This document shows positions 56,500 through 64,000 of a stretch of DNA of 64,000 nt, piece by piece. Below the pieces are notes generated by a model. That model worked only from the letters and a program-made list of their open reading frames with translations. It was not told the origin of the DNA and did not search any database. The position numbers and the translations under genes are program-made. The stretch comes from Parcubacteria group bacterium GW2011_GWA2_43_13 (GTDB lineage Bacteria; Patescibacteriota; Patescibacteriia; UBA9629; GWA2-43-13): contig LCFM01000003.1 in assembly GCA_000999025.1 (NCBI GenBank), positions 12,253 to 76,252 of the forward strand. The letters are read 5' to 3'. Within the stretch, counting starts at the first letter, position 1. Every line of letters begins with the position of its first letter.

Positions 56500-56536
56500 G
56501 TCATTTGAAAACTGACATCTGACATTTGATAATTGG
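56500..56536. repeat. Family C tandem repeat
   Basis: gtcatttgaaaactgacatctgacatttgataattgg. Confidence 0.75.
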
Positions 56537-56539
56537 ATA

Positions 56540-57778
56540 TTATTCATACCGCAACGCCTCGATCGGGCTTTTTCCTGCGGCCTTTTTTGCGGGATACAAG
56601 CCAAATACTAATCCGATAAGAGCGGAAACCCCCAGTCCTAACAGAGCCGCGTCAATAGGGAACACAAATGCCCACTGCATGGTTGCAAACCGCGATAACA
56701 GAAACGACGCGCTCCACGAAAGAAAAGCGCCAAACGCAATACCCACTATCCCGCCGATACCAGTAAGCATCACTGCCTCGCATAAAAATTGTATCAAAAT
56801 ATCGCGATCCCTGGCACCCACTGCCTTTCGTAACCCAATTTCGCGCGTCCGTTCCGCAACTGCCACAAGCATAATATTCATAATACCGATACCGCCCACA
56901 ACCAACGATATCGCCGCAACCGCACCCAACAACAATGTCAGTACTCCAGTTATAACTCCAACCCGCTCAATCGCGTCCGCCTGGGTAGTAACATGAAAAT
57001 CATCTTTTGATGGATCAGCAATCCCATGCGTCTCCCGTAATGTAAGCTCCACATCGCGTGCAACCCGCTCAACGCTTTCATCCGTCACCGCTTGCGCAAT
57101 AATGGAATGATAATAATTGATGCCGAGTAAATATTCCTGCGCCGTGGTGTAAGGAATAAAAATAATATCATCAACATTAACCAGCGACACGCGCCCCTTT
57201 TTCCCCATCACACCAATCACGCGTAAAGATTGATTTTTGACTTTAATTTTTTCGCCTATCGCATTTTGGCCATTAAATAATTTATTTTTTATTTCCGCGC
57301 CAAGCACTGCAACTGACGCGCGCTGGCGTACATCTTCATCCGTAAACATGGCACCTTCGGCAGGCCGAATATCCAAAATATCAGTCAACAAATCGGAAGA
57401 TCCCCATACTGTTGTTCGCACTGATTCATTTTTATAATTCACAGACGCGGCAACAGTAACAACCGGCGTCATATCTTTTAAATCCTGTACATTTGCGAGT
57501 TTGCTCAATGCGCGAATATCTTTTTCTGTTAACGAATCAGTATACATTTCAGCAAAATCAGATGGGCCTTGTGGTTCTCTCCCCGGCTCTATCGAGATTG
57601 TACGGCTCCCCCACCCTTGAATTTGGCTCAAAATCAATTCCTGCGCTCCGGCGCCGATTGCCATCACCATCATAATGGCGGTAATGCCGATCACAATCCC
57701 CAGAATAGTCAAAGCAGATCGAGACCGATTCGATTTTAACCCATGTACTGCTTGTATGATTGCGTAACGAAGCTTCAT
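56540..57778 (-). CDS. ABC transporter permease (MacB/FtsX-like)
   Basis: N-terminal TM, large periplasmic domain, and C-terminal FtsX 3-TM block. Confidence 0.85.
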   Translation of the reverse strand: MKLRYAIIQAVHGLKSNRSRSALTILGIVIGITAIMMVMAIGAGAQELILSQIQGWGSRTISIEPGREPQGPSDFAEMYTDSLTEKDIRALSKLANVQDLKDMTPVVTVAASVNYKNESVRTTVWGSSDLLTDILDIRPAEGAMFTDEDVRQRASVAVLGAEIKNKLFNGQNAIGEKIKVKNQSLRVIGVMGKKGRVSLVNVDDIIFIPYTTAQEYLLGINYYHSIIAQAVTDESVERVARDVELTLRETHGIADPSKDDFHVTTQADAIERVGVITGVLTLLLGAVAAISLVVGGIGIMNIMLVAVAERTREIGLRKAVGARDRDILIQFLCEAVMLTGIGGIVGIAFGAFLSWSASFLLSRFATMQWAFVFPIDAALLGLGVSALIGLVFGLYPAKKAAGKSPIEALRYE

Positions 57779-57798
57779 AAGTGTTCATGAACCCACTC

Positions 57799-57893
57799 CG
57801 TCATCCGTAGGGTGGCACCTCTCCTTGTTAAGGAGAGGAGGACGACGGCGTATCCCCCCTCCTTAACAAGGAGGGGGTAGGGGGTGGTCTACC
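57799..57893. repeat. two Family B elements head-to-head (forward copy ...CACCTCTCCTT-GTTA-AGGAGAGGAGGACGACGGCG; reverse copy CCACCCCCTACCCCCTCCTT-GTTA-AGGAGGGGGG)
   Basis: Intergenic between the ABC permease and ATPase genes. Confidence 0.8.
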
Positions 57894-57896
57894 TCC

Positions 57897-58613
57897 TTAT
57901 TTTTTATACTCTCTCTTCTCTCCATCTTTCCCAACACGCCGATCATGCTCAACATGGCCGTCCTTCATGGTGATAACCCGATGCGCGAATGCGGCAGTTA
58001 CTGTTTCGTGGGTAATAAGAATAATCGTTGTGCCTTGTTTTCTATTCACCTCATCCAAAATAGTCATTACTGCTTTCCCAGACACGGAATCAAGATTCCC
58101 GGTCGGCTCGTCTGCAAAAATCACTTCTGGATCCAGCACTAACGCGCGCGCAATGGCAACACGCTGTTTTTCACCACCAGAAAGTTTTGATGTATGAAAT
58201 TGAGAACGATGCGAAAGCCCGACTGCATCAATCGCGTGTTCAACACGATTATGCCATTCTTTTTTAGAAATACGAGAATATAGCAAAGGCAAAGTAACAT
58301 TTTCATACACTGAAACACGCGCAAGGAGATTAAATGCCTGAAAAATAAACCCCATTTTCTCGTTACGCACCAATGCTATTTCATCTGATGAGTACTCATC
58401 CATTGTTTTGTTTTCAAACCGATACACGCCATCAGTATGGCGGTCTAAAAAACCCAATACATGAAGCAGTGTTGACTTACCTGATCCAGACGGCCCCATA
58501 ATCGCGACAAACTCGCCCTTATCAATTGCAAAAGAAACACCGCATAACGCATGTGTTTCAACCCCGTCTGACTCATACACTTTGGTAATATTCTCTATTT
58601 CCATCAGCGCCAT
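57897..58613 (-). CDS. ABC transporter ATP-binding protein (MacB/LolD-type)
   Basis: Walker A GPSGSGKST, signature LSGGEKQRVAIARAL, Walker B IFADEPTGNLD. Confidence 0.9.
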   Translation of the reverse strand: MALMEIENITKVYESDGVETHALCGVSFAIDKGEFVAIMGPSGSGKSTLLHVLGFLDRHTDGVYRFENKTMDEYSSDEIALVRNEKMGFIFQAFNLLARVSVYENVTLPLLYSRISKKEWHNRVEHAIDAVGLSHRSQFHTSKLSGGEKQRVAIARALVLDPEVIFADEPTGNLDSVSGKAVMTILDEVNRKQGTTIILITHETVTAAFAHRVITMKDGHVEHDRRVGKDGEKREYKK

Positions 58614-58622
58614 ACTATCGAA

Positions 58623-60383
58623 TTATTTTTCTTCAATAAATGAAATAATCGTATCCCCTTTGGCAATGCCTTGTGTAATTTCCGTATTGCCGTCAGACCC
58701 TCGCAACCCAATGAGGATATCTCGCTCCTCATAGAGCGGATTTCCTTTTTTATCTTTACCTGTTAACACGCGGGCAAACCATTTTCCATCTTTTTGCACC
58801 AATGCGCGTTGCGGAAGTATAATCACTCCTTCCCGCATATCAGTCAGAATATCAATATTTACTGTCATGCCTGATTTTATGCGATTGTCATCTTTCTCAA
58901 ACTGCACCTTTGTCATATATGTTGACACACCGTCAACCGCGGTTTCAGCAGGGTCAATAGTAACAACATGCCCTTGAAATGTAATGTCAGGCCCATACGC
59001 GTCAAGCGTCATGACAACAGGGTCAGAGATAGAAACAAAAGAAATATCAACTTCTGGAATATTTGCTTCTATTTCGTATTGAGCATCCGATATAACCGTA
59101 ACAACAGGACTACTCGCAGAAACAATTTCTCCGCGCTTCGCGCTCACCTGCGTCACAACGCCTGTGATGGGAGAGCGAATCATCCTTTTTGCAATTTGTG
59201 CCTGAATAGATCCAATATTCGCGTCCGCTTGCTTAATAAGCGCTTGCTGGGATTTGACAGTTGCCTCTGACTGACTAAGTTGCGCGCGCTGAGCTTCAAC
59301 CTGCTCATCTGTCGCGCCTGCTTTTTTCAACGCAAACTCGCTTTGTGCCAATGCCAATGCGTTTGTTGCGTCAGTCACTTGCGCCTGCGCAGATGTAATC
59401 GCTGATTCATTTGTCGCTTTTTGCACGGCAATGGCTTGTTGTTTCGCAGATGCTGTAATAATCTCGGCGTTAATGTTTGCTTTTTCCGTATTCAGATTTG
59501 AAGTATTCGCCACTGACACTCGATTCTCAATAGCAACCGAAGTCAATGCCGACTGAATGGCAAATAACGATGTTTTCATACTGCTGATTGCTTCGTCAAT
59601 ATCCGCATGCGATTGAGAACGTTGGGCTTGGATAACCTTCCCACGCGCACCGTTTTCTATCGAATTCATAAATTCTTTCGCCATTTGCCTGCCATTACTC
59701 TCTCCTAAAAAAAGAAAAATAGCATCCGCCTTTGCCTGGGCTAAGACAAAACTATTGGTATCATTATTTAAAAAATAGGCAAACTGAATATCAGTCAGCG
59801 TGTACAACGCACCTAATCCAATACTCACAGATTGAGACAGCGCGGATAACGCATTTTGATATGCCTCATTGATATCTGCCTCTGCTTTTTTTTGCGTTGA
59901 TATCAGCTCTGATTGAGCATCTTTTACCCCCTGCTCCGCATGGGCAACTTTGATTTGGAAAATAACAAGCTCTTCACTGCGCATGCCCTTAATCACTTCA
60001 TTTAATTTTACTTGCTGGGATTTTACACCAGCTTGATACTGCAATAATAAAGCACGCGCGCTTTCCGCGCTGGCCTGCGCCTGCCGAAGTTGCGCTCCCA
60101 GTTCCTGCGTTTCCAAAGACACTAACAACGCGCCCTGTTGCACATAATCTCCAACTACTGCAGGAAGTACGGCGATTTTCCCACCCACTTCAAACGCCAA
60201 ATCAACCTCTGTTGCAGGTACAACTTTACCGGTCACACTCACTTCATGTGTTACATCTTGAATGCGCGCTTCTGTTGTTTCAAATTGCACCGGCTTCTGC
60301 GACCCTATTACAATAAGTCCAATTCCTCCGGTCGCAATAACAAAAACAATAATCATGATGATGATTTTTTTCATTCTTTTCAT
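58623..60383 (-). CDS. HlyD/MacA-family periplasmic adaptor with extended coiled coil
   Basis: N-terminal TM, long alpha-helical hairpin region, C-terminal beta-barrel/MP domains. Confidence 0.75.
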   Translation of the reverse strand: MKRMKKIIIMIIVFVIATGGIGLIVIGSQKPVQFETTEARIQDVTHEVSVTGKVVPATEVDLAFEVGGKIAVLPAVVGDYVQQGALLVSLETQELGAQLRQAQASAESARALLLQYQAGVKSQQVKLNEVIKGMRSEELVIFQIKVAHAEQGVKDAQSELISTQKKAEADINEAYQNALSALSQSVSIGLGALYTLTDIQFAYFLNNDTNSFVLAQAKADAIFLFLGESNGRQMAKEFMNSIENGARGKVIQAQRSQSHADIDEAISSMKTSLFAIQSALTSVAIENRVSVANTSNLNTEKANINAEIITASAKQQAIAVQKATNESAITSAQAQVTDATNALALAQSEFALKKAGATDEQVEAQRAQLSQSEATVKSQQALIKQADANIGSIQAQIAKRMIRSPITGVVTQVSAKRGEIVSASSPVVTVISDAQYEIEANIPEVDISFVSISDPVVMTLDAYGPDITFQGHVVTIDPAETAVDGVSTYMTKVQFEKDDNRIKSGMTVNIDILTDMREGVIILPQRALVQKDGKWFARVLTGKDKKGNPLYEERDILIGLRGSDGNTEITQGIAKGDTIISFIEEK

Positions 60384-60399
60384 ATACTACTGATGCTGA

Positions 60400-60999
60400 T
60401 TACTTTTCCTCTTTCAACCCTATCAATGCGCGATACAACCACATGGCAAGAACCGCACCGACAATCGGCCCTACAAGATACATCACGTTACGCGCTCCAA
60501 ACACAAGCGCGACAGCAGGGTTCAGAAGCCCCAATGAAACAGTAGAGGCAACGCTGATACCGATAAGAAACGCGCCTCCAATAACAACGCCTGATAATGA
60601 TTGAGAGGCCTTTTTCTCAATCACCGCGCTCACACCAAAAGCCAACACGAACGCGCCGATCAATTCTGCAAGACCGACAATGCTGGTATTTTTAACCAAT
60701 GGATTCATTGGGCTTATGATAAATACCCCTGCCAGCGCCGCCGCAAGCCCGGCGCCTGCTAATTGCGCGATGATATATCCAAGCGCATCCTGAACACCTA
60801 TTTTACGCACAGAAAATACCGCAAGCGTAATAGCGGGATTCAAATGCGCTCCTGATACCATGCCGAGTGTATACACGCAAAAACCGAGCACAAGAGCGGC
60901 AAGCGCCGGTGTGCCGATGCGGGTAATAAGTCCAGTTGAAACAAGCACGCTGAATGCAAGCAAAAACGTGCCGATAAATTCTGCAAGATATTTTTTCAT
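60400..60999 (-). CDS. aquaporin / MIP-family channel
   Basis: Two NPA boxes (AHLNPAITLA and LNPAVALV). Confidence 0.85.
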   Translation of the reverse strand: MKKYLAEFIGTFLLAFSVLVSTGLITRIGTPALAALVLGFCVYTLGMVSGAHLNPAITLAVFSVRKIGVQDALGYIIAQLAGAGLAAALAGVFIISPMNPLVKNTSIVGLAELIGAFVLAFGVSAVIEKKASQSLSGVVIGGAFLIGISVASTVSLGLLNPAVALVFGARNVMYLVGPIVGAVLAMWLYRALIGLKEEK

Positions 61000-61010
61000 A
61001 GTATCGCGAT

Positions 61011-61073
61011 CCCCTCCCCTTGGTAAGGGGATGGCAGGGTGTCACCCTGCGGGTGATCCCCCGAAGGGGGAAG
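61011..61073. repeat. degenerate Family B-like hairpin cluster (CCCCTCCCC...AAGGGGATGG, CAGGGTGTCACCCTG, TCCCCCGAAGGGGGA)
   Basis: Three short GC-rich hairpins. Confidence 0.6.
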
Positions 61074-61106
61074 GTTTAATTTTACAAAATAAAAATTTTT
61101 ATCAAT

Positions 61107-62792
61107 TTAATGCCGTACTCCACCCCACTCAACCACAGTAAACCCTTTCCGAGGAATAGTCCGCAACATAAGTGGCTCAACATCAATCGGCTGATCAAGT
61201 GGGATGAAATCCATTAAGACACGAATAACCGTATCTGGTTGCGGATCCACAGTCAAAGGCGCCAAAGCATCCATGGCTTGATTTCCCATAAAAGTAACAA
61301 AATAATACGGCTTTGCCTGCATTTCAGGAACCCAGTACTCAACAAAATCATCTATTTCCGTATTATTCAATCCGATCAATGACAACTTCTCGCGCAATAA
61401 TCGCTCAACGCCAACGCGTTCAACCACAAACCCTTGTTCTGGAATCTCATAATATCCACCTCGCCCTTCCCAAAACAAGTAAGGATATTCTTTCCTGCTA
61501 TGGGTATCAACCAACCTGCCGTCTGGAAACGCTATCACGTCCCAACCGCCGTTATACGCTGGCTCGGAATAGGTGAATCCGCCTTCTGGTTTTAAATCCA
61601 CAGTAACGCGCTGTTCTTGTTGAGGATACAAATAAATAACCGGTTTTGCGCATTCTGCCACAGGCAAAAATGCTCTGCTTTGGAATTTAATAATCCTACC
61701 AAACGAATCTTTCCAAAAAAATACCGGATGTTTTTTGACAAACTCATCATACGAAAGTTTTTGCGCTCCAGTCCCATCGTAATCAATGACAAAATACTCT
61801 TCATCATATATTTTTTTCAGCAATGGATGGTCTGCTTTTTTGAATTCCCACATCACATCTCCTTGAGTATTCTTTCCTGCTACCACCAAATCATTTTTAG
61901 AGTCAATATCTTTTGCAGTCATCACAGAAGCAACATTTGATGATCCGCATCCTCCGATATCTGTTGAACTATATTCGCCTCTATTGCGCGTGCCATCATT
62001 CCATATCACCTGCGGAACAGCGTCTTCTTCACTCACAAAATCAATCGCCAGTTTATAGGCAATCTCGGTCCCATCAGGGGACTTAAACGAAAACCCATGA
62101 CCTGCATTTTCATACACTGTGCCATAATCAGGATGTATGAATGCAACAGTTTTATCCTTACTATCAAACCAACTCATCCCCGTCCAAAAAGGATTATACC
62201 TATTTAATGTTTGTCTTGATTTTGGACCGTATATGGTATCCGGGAAAATCAATTCTTCTAAAATGATATTCTTTGCAATAAATGTGTGGCTCGTATCGAT
62301 GGTTGTCTCATATACTTGCGCAGTGACCATGTCCGAAGAATGCACCTCAATAATATAATTTGATCCGTTATGAACAATAACATAATAATGCTCACTATCC
62401 ATGCCGTAATCCGCCAAAACCAGAACCAACTCATCTCCTTCGAACGTACCTGATTTTTTAACCTTTCCTATCGTTGAATAAGTAATTGACTCATACCTTG
62501 GAGCTATGAGCAAACCCAATGACGCACGTTCTTGATGTTCAATCCATTCTATATCGCTTTTTTTAAAAGTATCGCTCTCATCAAAGAAAGAAAGCTTTGA
62601 TGCCTCGCTTTCGTCTGTCGTGTCAAAAACGCCAGAATCACTCACTGGTGATTGTTGTTCTGATTGTGGTTGAGATACATTCACAGCATCACGCTGTATC
62701 AATGCATATCCCCAATACCCGACACCAACGCCGATAATCAATAATGCAACCCCCATAAGCGCTAATCGAAACACTGTTATAACAATTTTCAT
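61107..62792 (-). CDS. hypothetical membrane-anchored extracytoplasmic protein
   Basis: N-terminal TM/signal anchor. 561 aa with no recognised domain. Confidence 0.4.
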   Translation of the reverse strand: MKIVITVFRLALMGVALLIIGVGVGYWGYALIQRDAVNVSQPQSEQQSPVSDSGVFDTTDESEASKLSFFDESDTFKKSDIEWIEHQERASLGLLIAPRYESITYSTIGKVKKSGTFEGDELVLVLADYGMDSEHYYVIVHNGSNYIIEVHSSDMVTAQVYETTIDTSHTFIAKNIILEELIFPDTIYGPKSRQTLNRYNPFWTGMSWFDSKDKTVAFIHPDYGTVYENAGHGFSFKSPDGTEIAYKLAIDFVSEEDAVPQVIWNDGTRNRGEYSSTDIGGCGSSNVASVMTAKDIDSKNDLVVAGKNTQGDVMWEFKKADHPLLKKIYDEEYFVIDYDGTGAQKLSYDEFVKKHPVFFWKDSFGRIIKFQSRAFLPVAECAKPVIYLYPQQEQRVTVDLKPEGGFTYSEPAYNGGWDVIAFPDGRLVDTHSRKEYPYLFWEGRGGYYEIPEQGFVVERVGVERLLREKLSLIGLNNTEIDDFVEYWVPEMQAKPYYFVTFMGNQAMDALAPLTVDPQPDTVIRVLMDFIPLDQPIDVEPLMLRTIPRKGFTVVEWGGVRH

Positions 62793-62852
62793 AGATAAAA
62801 AAATAAAATACTTACTTTCTTAAGAATACCACTCAAAAACATAATAATCAAC

Positions 62853-63749
62853 TCACTCTACCACAAACACCCCGGTGATATAACTCGTTGCGTCAGGGAT
62901 GTCTTTGCCAATCAATTTTGCGGAATTAGTGTTTTCAAATAACTCAAAACGGCGCGCTCCATATTCGTCAAGTAATTGCAGTACTACAGCAAGCGCAGGC
63001 CTCGAATCAACAGAAACATCCATAATATGAGCATAATCAAACTCCTGAACAACTTTTTTGCTCACTTTATCTCGCGTTTCGGCAACAGACGATGGGGCAT
63101 TATGCGAAAAATCAAGAGACGCGATAACAATAGCGTCATCAGGGAGCAATGGTGCCACTGCGCGAGCAAACTCCCGCGCCTGATCAATAGAAAGAGTATC
63201 TTTAAAAATAATCGGGATAATACGCGCTTGTGGCAGTTCTTTTTTTATCAACGGAACAATTCCGGACACTCCGTGTTCATGATCAAACGGCACAGGATCA
63301 ATCACCGCCATTCCGGTACGAGCAATGATTGTAATCGTTTCAGCGTCTGCTGACAAAATACCATAGGGTGTTTTCCAATCATAAAAAGTTGTTGTAATCC
63401 GGCCTTTGCCTGCGAAAAAATGATCAGGACTCAACACCACCACAGTCACTGGTTTGTCTGTATGAAATTGATGCAAAATATCTACAATGGTACGCAAAGA
63501 CAGCAGATGATGATTCACTATCCCGCCGCGAGGAACGCCTGCAAATTCCCTGACAGGAATTGCTTTTACATACGCCTGCTCAAAAAATTCCCTTTGACTA
63601 AACAATGAGCGATGCATAACATAAGCATCTTCACCTCTATTCACGCGATGCGTGGAACCATACGCATATATACCAACCCCTATTCCAAGCCCCAGCGCCA
63701 CCAAAGCGCCAACAAACATCAACCCCAAAAAACCTTTTATTTTATTCAT
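62853..63749 (-). CDS. MEMO1/LigB-superfamily protein (AmmeMemoRadiSam protein B-like) with N-terminal membrane anchor
   Basis: His-rich motifs NHHLLS, SPDHF, FDHEHG, DFSH spaced as in the Memo family. N-terminal hydrophobic segment. Confidence 0.45.
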   Translation of the reverse strand: MNKIKGFLGLMFVGALVALGLGIGVGIYAYGSTHRVNRGEDAYVMHRSLFSQREFFEQAYVKAIPVREFAGVPRGGIVNHHLLSLRTIVDILHQFHTDKPVTVVVLSPDHFFAGKGRITTTFYDWKTPYGILSADAETITIIARTGMAVIDPVPFDHEHGVSGIVPLIKKELPQARIIPIIFKDTLSIDQAREFARAVAPLLPDDAIVIASLDFSHNAPSSVAETRDKVSKKVVQEFDYAHIMDVSVDSRPALAVVLQLLDEYGARRFELFENTNSAKLIGKDIPDATSYITGVFVVE

Positions 63750-64000
63750 AAAACATGTGTAGTGTATCTTTTTTCACACTTTGACGCAAAAACGAAATGT
63801 TGACATGAGAAAATCATGAGAGTATAATACCCAACGATGTATGAATTACACCACCCCACATTACTGCACAGACCGATTCCGCATGAGATATCTTTTCTCA
63901 CATTGTTCATAACCCTGCAAGGGTTATTTTTTTATGCTATGAAACATTGTATCTCTATTGCTCAATTTTCACGACAAGACATCGAAACGCTTTTGCAAAA

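Overview
The window is 64 kb of a bacterial chromosome, about 46% GC, with roughly 65 tightly packed genes, most on the minus strand. The gene set points to a small-genome anaerobic fermenter, possibly of the CPR (Candidate Phyla Radiation) type: a two-subunit group-3-like [NiFe] hydrogenase with its maturation protease, an archaeal-type bifunctional fructose-1,6-bisphosphate aldolase/phosphatase, a split transketolase, an archease, and a 1838-aa giant protein. Recognisable units are: a topA 3' fragment, a HIT protein, relA/spoT, parA and parB, a three-tRNA cluster (Leu-CAA, an elongator CAT tRNA, initiator fMet), and ilvE and pepA. There is a long Fe-S assembly operon (Rrf2 regulator, nifS/iscS, sufC, sufB, sufD, a Rieske protein, sufS, sufU, nfu). 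Glycolytic and pentose-phosphate genes are present (fba, pfkB kinase, tktAB, rpe, rpiB, eno, pgk). There is also an MacAB-type efflux system, an aquaporin, and a candidate defence cluster (OLD-family ATPase-Toprim nuclease next to HD, MazG-like and DJ-1 genes). The most unusual property is that the window is saturated with at least four families of short repeat elements. Family A is a modular GTAGAGACG...CGTCTCTAC hairpin. Family B is a CCCTCTCCTT-loop-AAGGAGAGGG palindrome that carries a Shine-Dalgarno-like core. Family C is a TTGACA/CTGAAAA heptamer-type tandem repeat. Family D is a MITE-like unit with 16-bp terminal inverted repeats. Several copies sit in frame inside conserved housekeeping genes (sufS, sufU, sufD, an alpha/beta hydrolase, an HhH-GPD glycosylase, a DMT transporter), much like the palindromic elements of Rickettsia. 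No rRNA, CRISPR array or obvious transposase was seen.
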